From: an uncultured Clostridia bacterium
GTDB taxonomy: Bacteria; Bacillota; Clostridia; Oscillospirales; Ruminococcaceae
NCBI GenBank assembly: GCA_947628405.1
Contig: CANQZR010000001.1
Coordinates: 956-64,955 of the forward strand
DNA length: 64,000 nt
Direction: 5' to 3'
Position numbers and translations under genes: made by a program. Under the pieces are notes generated by a model. The model ran no database searches and was not told the origin of the DNA. It saw nothing but the letters and a program-made list of their open reading frames with translations. Below, in pieces: positions 17,225 to 25,345 of the stretch. Within the stretch, counting starts at the first letter, position 1, and each line of letters starts with the position of its first letter.

Positions 17225-19676
17225 TTATAGCCTCCATTCTGTATTTTCTTCCGAGATATGTGTATTCACCGTCCGGATCTCTGCATGGCAGACACACCGG
17301 AACTTGTTTTATGTTCTGTACGATCCCGTCATCTGCGACTTTCCACATGAAACTTTTGCTTTTATTAGGGAAATCCTCATAGCATAACCGTACCGCATAA
17401 TTTGCGGTTTCACACTGCCCACAGGCTTCCGAACATCTTCTCCGATAAAGATCATAGTAATATTGCCAGTTGATTTCAAGACCTTCTCTGCGAAGTTCGG
17501 CGTCGCTGCGTTTTAATTCTTTCATTTCTACACAGAAATTCAGATATATTGCTTTTATTTTATCGTAGTTTTCCTGAGAAAACGGAATAGAATCATCTAT
17601 CATAATACGATAATCAAATTCCGGATATTTTCTTTTCCAACGAAAAGAACTCTCCCATTTTTCTATCTCCCAACAAAGCCTGTTCATATTGCTGTAGGCT
17701 TTGGAGAATTTTTTCATCTTTTTGTAGTAGTCCCCTGCGTACTTCATAAAATAGGGGAGCGGTTTTCCGTATTTTGCAATATTACGGGGAATGTTGTAAA
17801 TAATCCCTGTCTTTGCGGAATCAATTGCCTTGCCGTTGATTATCGACAATAATCCTACAAAATTTTCATAAACTGCTTTCTGTTCCTCGGTTTTCGGACG
17901 TTTGTTATGATAAGTAGTTGCACAGTTGCTTGTTTCACCGATAAGACTGTTCATTCCTCGGATAGCAACTTCCACTCGGTTCTCCTTTGTATCGGCTTCC
18001 GCAAGAGTAGTCGCCTTGTCCTCAATATCCAGAACAATGGCAGCGTTGCGGTCAACACCTTTCATCATAATTTCCTCGTTTACAACAAGTACAAGATCGC
18101 CGTCGTAATCTGCACCGTTGAGCCTTTGAGGAGTAATGCTCTTGCCGTTGACCATACAGACATTTGCAAGGTGAGAGCAGTATTTTTCCGTAAGTGCGTT
18201 GTTCACGCCTTTCAGAACAACGTGTTCCGACTTGCATATATGCGGATTTCGTTCTATAAGACGTTCACCGTCATATATTCCTTCGGCATCAAATCCGTAA
18301 AATTCATTGTTTTCAAGACACCCTACAGGTTCAAGACCGCCGATATGTTCCATAAGCATTATAAGATCCGGAGCAAGGAATTTAAAGGAAGCCCGTAAAA
18401 ACAACTTTCCGCATTTCATTTCGTCGATTTTTTTCTGTATAAGTGATATAACGTGATTTCTGACGCCGGATTCTTTTAACATCTGTGGGTTTTTCATAAG
18501 TGCTTTTACATATGGGTCTGTTGTAGAGTGACTGTCACACATTATCCCAAGGAAACAATATGTGTAAAAGATATCATTATCAATAACTTTCTGCACCCAG
18601 TCTATTGAAGTTTTTGCAAGTCCGGCGAAATTCTCATATTCAAGCTCCAAATCCTGTAATATCTGATAATTCCCACGGGTATAAAGCGGTTCTTCATAGG
18701 TGGAATAGTTCCACTTGGCAATGCCTATGCAGTGACCGTATTTTTCAAACATATCCCAATAATGTGACCAATCCCGTATATCGTTGTGTTTTGCAAAATA
18801 TTTGTAGCCTTTGTACATACTTTCACAAATTATCATCAAAGGATCGGCATCAGGACGGACGCTGTAACGTTCACCCCATATATCGGATATTTCAGTAACG
18901 CCTCGTTCCGCGAAGAAATCTGTGTAATTCATTTCGTGAATAACACCTTTGATGAACGGAGCGCGTATGATAGCGGAAGTCAATCCGTCCGTAACTCCAA
19001 GGATATCCCGTATCTCCTGCATAATAGCAGGGTGACATATCCCACAGCCGTCAAATACGTTTATTTCAATATCTTTCACGGTTTCCGCAAGGTCTTTTTG
19101 TATCCATTTACGGCGGACGCCGTTTTTGTCGGTAAATTCCGTTTCCTTGTCATAAGCGTATTTTATCCGCTGTCCGGGAATAGTCTTGTAAAGATCAGGG
19201 ACTACAACTATTTTCGGACGAAATTCCTCCAGACAGTGGCATGAGCTGAGCATAAGCCCTCTATAAGCGTAATATTTGGATAGAACAGTCTTATCAATTC
19301 GTATATCCATAGCGGTTATCTCGTTCAGACGATCAATTATGGAACTGTCCACAAAGCTGAGTATGGACGTCCGAACCATAGAAGCAGAACGTTCGCAGCA
19401 TTCAAAGTGCTGACCTCTAATATCAAGACCGTTCACTATAAGCTGTCTAAGTTCGTCCTTGCAGGATCTTCCGCCTTTGCAGTCAACAAATATTATGTAT
19501 TTGTTGAATTTTCTATAATCGCCGGTAATACGCCGTATCTGCCTGAACAGCATATTGTCCTGCTGATTTATGTAAAACTGTCTTTCTTCGTCAGCGGATA
19601 TCTGTACGTTGAATCCATTGTTAATAAGAAATCTGAACGGGAATTTCCGCACAACGTAAAGCGGAGGAGAAAACAA
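17214..19676 (-). CDS. YonO-like / RdRP-family (double-psi beta-barrel) single-subunit RNA polymerase
   Basis: 820 aa. IERNPHICKSEHVV is followed by NGADYDGDLVLVV (DYDGD codons at 18096-18110). These match the RNP...DbDGD signature of cellular RdRPs and SPbeta YonO, and resemble the beta-prime NADFDGD motif. Confidence 0.75.
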   Translation of the reverse strand: MFSPPLYVVRKFPFRFLINNGFNVQISADEERQFYINQQDNMLFRQIRRITGDYRKFNKYIIFVDCKGGRSCKDELRQLIVNGLDIRGQHFECCERSASMVRTSILSFVDSSIIDRLNEITAMDIRIDKTVLSKYYAYRGLMLSSCHCLEEFRPKIVVVPDLYKTIPGQRIKYAYDKETEFTDKNGVRRKWIQKDLAETVKDIEINVFDGCGICHPAIMQEIRDILGVTDGLTSAIIRAPFIKGVIHEMNYTDFFAERGVTEISDIWGERYSVRPDADPLMIICESMYKGYKYFAKHNDIRDWSHYWDMFEKYGHCIGIAKWNYSTYEEPLYTRGNYQILQDLELEYENFAGLAKTSIDWVQKVIDNDIFYTYCFLGIMCDSHSTTDPYVKALMKNPQMLKESGVRNHVISLIQKKIDEMKCGKLFLRASFKFLAPDLIMLMEHIGGLEPVGCLENNEFYGFDAEGIYDGERLIERNPHICKSEHVVLKGVNNALTEKYCSHLANVCMVNGKSITPQRLNGADYDGDLVLVVNEEIMMKGVDRNAAIVLDIEDKATTLAEADTKENRVEVAIRGMNSLIGETSNCATTYHNKRPKTEEQKAVYENFVGLLSIINGKAIDSAKTGIIYNIPRNIAKYGKPLPYFMKYAGDYYKKMKKFSKAYSNMNRLCWEIEKWESSFRWKRKYPEFDYRIMIDDSIPFSQENYDKIKAIYLNFCVEMKELKRSDAELRREGLEINWQYYYDLYRRRCSEACGQCETANYAVRLCYEDFPNKSKSFMWKVADDGIVQNIKQVPVCLPCRDPDGEYTYLGRKYRMEAINGQ

Positions 19677-19680
19677 ATTA

Positions 19681-20751
19681 TCATACTCCTTTTATATAAA
19701 AATTTTCTTCTTTGTCAAAAGTTGACCACATATCCTCAAACCTATCCGAAAACGAAATATTCAGAAGATAATCCGCAAGGTCACGCTGAGCTTCAACATA
19801 TCCTCTGTGATAATGAAATTCTCCGTCCGGAACATAGGATTTTTTTCTGTATCGGTTTGCAGCCTGTTCATTGAGAGAATCCATTATCAGGCGGTTAAGG
19901 TCACGGCGTATCTCGCTGAAAGTAAGATTCCCTATATCCGTACACCGTAAAGGTGATATTTCTCCGTTCCCGGAAGTATAGGAAAGAACTATCCTGCTGT
20001 ATACGCCATGCCAGTCATAGCTCTCCTGTAAATAGGAATTTATCTTAAAGTTAAACTCATGTATCCTGCCGGAGATCAGAACATCTCTCATATTGTGACA
20101 ATCCATCTGACTGAGGATCTCCGCCTGAGCGTCCTCAATAATACTTGTTTCCCGGACGTCCGCAGTATCCTTGTAAAGCATATGGGACGCAGGATCTGAC
20201 CTGAAAATTACATATTCTGTCCGGTAGTCTATGATATTACGCTTTTGCATACTGTTCAGAGCCGTAAACAGTATCTTGTTCAGCTTAGCAGCCGTTCTGA
20301 TACGGAAATCATCAACATCATATGATGTCATTTCACCTGATCTCACAGCATTTTCAATAATATCACTGTGCCGTAAACGCAAGTCCTCATAATTCCCGTT
20401 TACAAATCCGAGCATAGCGTACAGATCGTTTTTAAGGCAATAAAGTCTGTTGTTCCTGCACGAAGCAAGCAGACGAACTGTCAGGGCTTCAATATGTCCC
20501 AGATAAACGCCCTCACGGAGGCTTCTTCCGTCAACATAGGGCAGGGGAACATCATAAATTTCCGTAACAATGTACTTGTGTCCTTCACGTCTCCAACGGA
20601 AATATCTTTCCCAGTTCCGTAACTGAGAACGCTTATCGTTTCCTGACCCTTTACAGGGTACACAGCCGAGGACCTCGCACATAGCCTTATAATTTTTCAC
20701 TTCCGTACCCACACAAATACGGCTCACATCAACATAATATTTATCATTCAT
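19681..20751 (-). CDS. hypothetical protein, first gene of the RNAP operon
   Basis: Start MNDKYYVDV with AAAGGA upstream. Ends 4 nt before the RNAP start. No family recognised. Confidence 0.45.
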   Translation of the reverse strand: MNDKYYVDVSRICVGTEVKNYKAMCEVLGCVPCKGSGNDKRSQLRNWERYFRWRREGHKYIVTEIYDVPLPYVDGRSLREGVYLGHIEALTVRLLASCRNNRLYCLKNDLYAMLGFVNGNYEDLRLRHSDIIENAVRSGEMTSYDVDDFRIRTAAKLNKILFTALNSMQKRNIIDYRTEYVIFRSDPASHMLYKDTADVRETSIIEDAQAEILSQMDCHNMRDVLISGRIHEFNFKINSYLQESYDWHGVYSRIVLSYTSGNGEISPLRCTDIGNLTFSEIRRDLNRLIMDSLNEQAANRYRKKSYVPDGEFHYHRGYVEAQRDLADYLLNISFSDRFEDMWSTFDKEENFYIKGV

Positions 20752-20920
20752 ACATTCCTTTGGTGAAGAGACTTTATCACACCGACCTCCTCGCAAACAA
20801 ATTGAAGAACCTCCTCACTTAATATTATAAAGTTTATAAAGAAATTTTCAACCGACTTCTTACAAGATTCTCGACAGAAGCTCCGGAAGATCCGGAAGAA
20901 GCTCCTTTGTCCCGTAACAA

Positions 20921-21056
20921 AAAAATTTTGCCCCAATTATAAGTCGAATATATAATATAATATAGTTTAGTAATTTATATATAGTTATATAATATAATAT
21001 ATAATTAATATATATATATATATATTATATAGAGCTTATATATGGGGCAAATTTTT
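20921..21056. repeat. long imperfect palindrome enclosing pure A/T sequence and a (TA)8 tract
   Basis: Arms AAAAATTTTGCCCCA (20921-20935) and TGGGGCAAATTTTT (21043-21056). Inner arms are partly complementary. (TA)8 at 21009-21024. Confidence 0.7.
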
Positions 21057-21530
21057 AAAAATGATTTTATAAACTTCGGGAAGCTCCCTCATAATATCCG
21101 TAAAATTAAAAAAAATCATAGCTTTTTATTATTTTTTTAAAAAAATTTACGGCTTCGCCGTTATCCGTAAGAAAAAATATCTATCTTATTCCGTTCCGAA
21201 AATATAAAAATTATACGTTTTTCGATATGTTTTCAGCGTTTTACTGCTTTTATAAGCAAAAAATCTCGCAAAAGCGAGAAAATAAATAATATTTTTTATG
21301 TTTTTTGTCCCTTACGGGACTGATGAACATTAATGTTTTTCTCAATTTACCGATGTTTGCTCCGAATGATTTTTAAGGTTTTCGGAGTGTTCAGATTTTG
21401 AAATAAGGGATAAAATGATGAACTAAGGTGGGAAATGATTTCCAAATATACACAAATAATGTAAAATACCCCCGGTACACCCTACAAATAACACAAATGT
21501 TTTACTTGTGTTTTTAGCAAATTCGCAAGT

Positions 21531-21552
21531 TTGTATTACTTGAATAATACAA
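21531..21552. promoter_or_regulatory. operator-like palindrome TTGTATTA-N6-TAATACAA
   Basis: Perfect 8-bp arms. Confidence 0.5.
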
Positions 21553-21645
21553 TTTTATTCAGTTAAAACCTATTAAATAACTATGTTTTGATATATACTA
21601 ACATAATATGCATTAAATTCTACTAATATAGTGTGTTTTCTAAAA

Positions 21646-21667
21646 CTGTATTACTGTACTAATACAG
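21646..21667. promoter_or_regulatory. operator-like palindrome CTGTATTA-N6-TAATACAG
   Basis: Perfect 8-bp arms with the same core as the site at 21531. Confidence 0.5.
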
Positions 21668-21728
21668 TTAGTACACTTGTATCATTTTTACACATTTCAT
21701 ATAAAAACATATCATTTATATTACATAT

Positions 21729-21750
21729 TAAAAAATCGCCGTCAGGCGAT
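21729..21750 (-). terminator. rho-independent terminator (minus strand)
   Basis: Minus-strand RNA AUCGCC-UGAC-GGCGAU followed by UUUUUAAU. Confidence 0.55.
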
Positions 21751-22094
21751 CCATACCAATATACAAGACCTTGACCCACTGCAAGCCGGCACCCGTTGAA
21801 ATGGCAAGCAGTGCGCTAATTGATATATACTTATTGTGCCACCAATATATATTATATATTAGTAATGTAATAGAGCAGACACCAGACCCACGGCAACGCC
21901 GGCGCCGGCTCTGTAATATTCAGATACTGACCGCCCGACCTGCTCCGGCTCTTGTGCTGCTCTTGGGATCTTTGGCGATCGTCACCAGAACAGCAGACCA
22001 GACCGCCGACCCTCTTATATAATCCGTACATCTCTTGTAATTTGCTATATAATAGTATATCGGTATAGTCCTGCCGTCCTGCTCAGGGCGTCGG

Positions 22095-22301
22095 CTACCG
22101 CTCTAACTCTTCCAGCGTATCAATCGCGATCCGCACGAAATCCGCTTTACTGATCTTGTTTCGCGTGCAATACTCTTTGATACGTTCCACGATTTCCGGC
22201 GAAACCTTAACGCCGAAATCTTTATAGTGCTGCTTGTTATAATTGCCGGTGTATTCTTGTTTATTGAACCTTTCCGGGCGTTCAATATACTTTTTGTCCA
22301 A
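22095..22301 (-). CDS. ribbon-helix-helix (CopG/Arc-like) DNA-binding protein, paralog A
   Basis: 68 aa, TTG start after AAGGAAG. FGVKVSPEIVERIKEYCTRNKISKADFVRIAIDTL fits a strand-helix-helix layout. Confidence 0.55.
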   Translation of the reverse strand: MDKKYIERPERFNKQEYTGNYNKQHYKDFGVKVSPEIVERIKEYCTRNKISKADFVRIAIDTLEELER

Positions 22302-22358
22302 TAGTAAACACTTCCTTGTAATTCATACAACAAATACGAAACATTAATAAAATGTTCA

Positions 22359-22387
22359 TTGACATTCATTAGCGAATATGTTAAACT
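22359..22387 (+). promoter_or_regulatory. rightward promoter P1 (divergent from RHH-A)
   Basis: TTGACA, 17 nt, TAAACT. Confidence 0.5.
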
Positions 22388-22575
22388 ATAATCAAGATAA
22401 GACAAACAAGCCTTATCTAATCCAAATAAAGGCGATGACATCTTGAAAGACTATGAAAACGCCGATGCGGAATACAGCGAATACTCCTACATCGGCAAGA
22501 ACGACGGGCGCGAGTATGTTAGTTACGAAGAAGCGATAGAAGCTGATCCGAATAATTAACGATCCCGTCAGGCAT

Positions 22576-22606
22576 AGGGCGGATAGAATTTCAGACCGTC
22601 CGCCCT
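22576..22606. terminator. stem-loop between convergent transcription units
   Basis: AGGGCGGA / TCCGCCCT 8-bp stem with a 15-nt loop. No clear T-run. Confidence 0.35.
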
Positions 22607-22655
22607 TGTAAGACCTATTATAACATAGCTTTCTGGAGATGTCAAGAAAAAATTT

Positions 22656-22871
22656 TTACTTTTCCAAGCCTTTTAAAGTAGTCAGGGCAAGTTTTAAAAA
22701 TTCCGCCCGGCTGATATTTTTCCGGCTGCAAAATTCTGTTAAATCTTCCATTAGTTCCGGCGAAATATCCGCGATATACCTTTTATAATGTTCTTTGGCG
22801 TATTTAGCATTATATGCTGATCTGTTGAATTTATCATTTTTAGCAGGACGCTCAATATACTTTTTATCCAA
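22656..22871 (-). CDS. ribbon-helix-helix DNA-binding protein, paralog B
   Basis: 71 aa. Shares MDKKYIERP and the overall pattern with paralog A, and has the same TTG start context. Confidence 0.55.
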   Translation of the reverse strand: MDKKYIERPAKNDKFNRSAYNAKYAKEHYKRYIADISPELMEDLTEFCSRKNISRAEFLKLALTTLKGLEK

Positions 22872-22928
22872 TAGTAAACACTTCCTTTAAATTCATACAA
22901 CAAATACGAAACGTTAATAAAAAATTCA

Positions 22929-22957
22929 TTGACATTTTCACGTATGTGATGTATACT
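22929..22957 (+). promoter_or_regulatory. rightward promoter P2 (early operon)
   Basis: TTGACA, 17 nt, TATACT. Lies in the duplicated segment. Confidence 0.55.
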
Positions 22958-23320
22958 AATATCAAGATAAGACAAACGAGACCCGATAATGTAAGAGTAG
23001 TCGACAAGGCGGTAACAGACCGCTGGCAAATCCACCGGGCGAAGTCTTATAAATAGTATAACAAATTATCCCGACAATGTCAAGACAAAGTCGGATACAT
23101 ACCGCCGGATCCTATGGGGATCAGATCCGGAAAACCTCAATCCTGCCGGGAATAATCCCGAATCCGTCATAACCCGGACTTTGACGGACAAAATTATAAC
23201 CGCCGATTTTCGCCGGCGCGTAACCAGAAGCGGAAAAGTTTTTCGGGGCTTAACTTAAAACCCCACCCCACGCCGAAAGGCTTTGAAAAAAGTAAAATTA
23301 TATTTTAGGAGGATAAAATA

Positions 23321-23551
23321 ATGAAAGTTATAAACGAGAAAAATTTAAAGGACTTTGAATTTTGGAGCGGTGCAAAGGATCGCGCCCAGTATCTGACAGA
23401 AGAAGAGTTCGACACCATCGAACAGACTTTAGAAGAATGTTATCCGGACGGAATGACAGAAACCGAGATCAACGATTTTTTCTGGTTCGACTTTGAAACC
23501 GTTGCCGAGTGGATCGGAACGACAGAAGAAGAAATTTTTAATAGAGCATAA
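23321..23551 (+). CDS. highly acidic small protein (first early gene)
   Basis: RBS AGGAGGA. 76 aa, roughly 30 percent Asp+Glu by eye. Confidence 0.6.
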   Translation: MKVINEKNLKDFEFWSGAKDRAQYLTEEEFDTIEQTLEECYPDGMTETEINDFFWFDFETVAEWIGTTEEEIFNRA

Positions 23552-23659
23552 AAAATAATGCAGAGTGGTACGGGGATTTTTCCCCGTATTAATGCAGCCG
23601 GAGACGGTCACAAGCCCGTTGAAACGCAGAAAAAAATTATAAAAGGAGTTTGAAATAAT

Positions 23660-24064
23660 ATGAATGAATATGTTAAAATGGCAAAGGATTTTTTGAAATC
23701 CTGCAACGCAAAAATGAGTATTACTTTTAAAAAGTGCGACAGATATTTTGATGATGACAAAGAACCCAGGAACATTTATAATGTACGGATTGACCGCGAC
23801 GGAATGACATACAAATTCACATTTGGTGACAGTATCGTGAACACGAGGAGCAGAAAACGCCCAAACTGCTATGATATTCTTGCTTGCGTTCAGAAATACC
23901 CCGTCGGATCGTTTGATGATTTCATCGACGAATACGGCTATACTATCAACAGCGGCGAAGATTTCCGGCGCGTTGAAAAGATATACAAAGCCGTATGCCG
24001 TGAATATGAAAAGATCAACAGAATTTTCGGTGACGTAATGAACGAGCTTGAAGAAATCTATTAA
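23660..24064 (+). CDS. hypothetical protein (134 aa)
   Basis: RBS AAAGGAG. No family recognised. Confidence 0.55.
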   Translation: MNEYVKMAKDFLKSCNAKMSITFKKCDRYFDDDKEPRNIYNVRIDRDGMTYKFTFGDSIVNTRSRKRPNCYDILACVQKYPVGSFDDFIDEYGYTINSGEDFRRVEKIYKAVCREYEKINRIFGDVMNELEEIY

Positions 24065-24151
24065 AAATCCCCTGATGAGTCGCTGAAAATTGCGACGAAA
24101 CGCCCTTCTGGGCGTCGGGATCACCCAAAAATCAAAACGGAGGGAAAAATA

Positions 24152-24287
24152 ATGTCACTTGCCAATCCAAATTGATAAGGTGGTTGCACTTTATGACCGT
24201 AAATATATTACGGTGTCGGAATTGTGCGAAAAAATCGCAGCATTACAAGCAGAATATGACCGCAAGACCGCTGAAATTTTCAAATGA
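24152..24287 (+). pseudogene. small early gene interrupted by a +1 frameshift
   Basis: Strong RBS GGAGGG lies 7 nt before the ATG at 24152, but the frame stops after 7 codons. The +1 frame from 24171 reads IDKVVALYDRKYITVSELCEKIAALQAEYDRKTAEIFK. The junction is at the AAA run 24169-24171. Confidence 0.35.
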
Positions 24288-24449
24288 CGAGGGAGGGAAA
24301 ATTTTTATGCCGGACGATTTCAACGCTGAAGATCAGATCCCCTTATTCTGACCTCAGACATTTTTCGAGCTGCCGGAGCGGAAATTTTCCAGCAGTTCCA
24401 TAAAGTGCTTGAAGTACTTTAAAATTAATGAAAACGGAGGAATTTTTTT

Positions 24450-24965
24450 ATGGAAAATAACGTTAAAATCATCAATCCTGTAACTCTGGGTATAGTCATT
24501 AATTACCTTGAGGAGCTTTTCGCCCTTGAATGGAAAACCCACGGCATAGAAGAGATCGCACAGCCGGGGGATATCCGCCCACTGCTTGAAATAATGCTGA
24601 CGAAAACCGCAAAGCATTATGAGGAACATTCATACAAAGCAACGGAGGATTATTCAAACATAACCAACGATTTTTTTGATGAGTTTGTAAGCAGATCCTG
24701 CCCTGATACCGGATATTTTTTCCGAAAGGCAACATATATAATGTACAAGCGCGCGCAGGCGTATGAACGCATTGAAAACGCTGTCGGAGAAATTTACGGA
24801 AATGTTCATTATAATTCTTGCACTATATATATTAAGCTGGAAGAAGAAATGCATAACGCCTATGCGGAAGATACCACAGCCGTATGGAATGAACTTCTTA
24901 ACGATATCAGCGAAAAAATAAGCAAGATCCGGAAACGCTATTCGGAAACCGGCATAACTGAATGA
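24450..24965 (+). CDS. hypothetical protein (171 aa)
   Basis: RBS ACGGAGGA. Preferred over the antisense ORFs 24354-24629 and 24499-24735. Confidence 0.55.
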   Translation: MENNVKIINPVTLGIVINYLEELFALEWKTHGIEEIAQPGDIRPLLEIMLTKTAKHYEEHSYKATEDYSNITNDFFDEFVSRSCPDTGYFFRKATYIMYKRAQAYERIENAVGEIYGNVHYNSCTIYIKLEEEMHNAYAEDTTAVWNELLNDISEKISKIRKRYSETGITE

Positions 24966-24979
24966 AAGGAGGAAAAATC

Positions 24980-25108
24980 ATGGGATCACTTATAACACTT
25001 GCAATATTCCTGCTGTTGGGATTTTTGAGCGACGCAGACGTAAACCGCAAAGCAAGCAATCACACCGATCACTATATGGCAGATAAATACAGAAACTGGA
25101 GAAAGTGA
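24980..25108 (+). CDS. small membrane protein (42 aa)
   Basis: Own translation MGSLITLAIFLLLGFLSDADVNRK..., RBS AAAGGAGGA. Below the ORF-track size cut-off. Confidence 0.45.
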   Translation: MGSLITLAIFLLLGFLSDADVNRKASNHTDHYMADKYRNWRK

Positions 25109-25118
25109 GGCGCAGATC

Positions 25119-25331
25119 GTGGAAAAATACATACAGAAGATCGCCGGAATTATCGTTATAATTCTTGCAGTCATAACGGCGATGATCTGCACGGAATTTT
25201 TCAGCGGACAGGACGAGGGCGGAGCCGTTCCCGTCCTGCTGCTGATAGGCTTTTACCTGCTGTTCACCAAGGAAAAAATATTGACGTTTCCGGCGCACGG
25301 AAAAACCGCCGGAGCGGAAAAAAATAAATAA
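25119..25331 (+). CDS. small membrane protein (two TM segments)
   Basis: GTG start after AGTGAGG. Hydrophobic IAGIIVIILAVITAMIC and VPVLLLIGFYLLF. Confidence 0.5.
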   Translation: MEKYIQKIAGIIVIILAVITAMICTEFFSGQDEGGAVPVLLLIGFYLLFTKEKILTFPAHGKTAGAEKNK

Positions 25332-25345
25332 ACGGAGGAAAAACT

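Noticed and set aside
21163-21171. DnaA box (TTATCCGTA, 7/9 match to TTATCCACA).
   Set aside because: A single imperfect match in AT-rich DNA is expected by chance, so it is insufficient to call a DnaA-dependent origin.
21771-22022. 83-aa plus-strand ORF, and a 58-aa minus-strand ORF (ATG near 22035), in the GC-rich island.
   Set aside because: No convincing RBS or promoter for either, and the composition is atypical for this genome. Reported as an unexplained element instead of a CDS.
22443-22559. 38-codon plus-strand ORF downstream of promoter P1 (LKDYENADAEYSEYSYIGKNDGREYVSYEEAIEADPNN).
   Set aside because: TTG start with a weak, distant RBS. It may be a remnant left by the duplication and is not supported enough to annotate.
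22958-23320. Specific riboswitch class (cobalamin, ZTP, purine, c-di-GMP) in the early leader.
   Set aside because: Only vague resemblance to remembered consensus cores. Not callable without a covariance-model scan.
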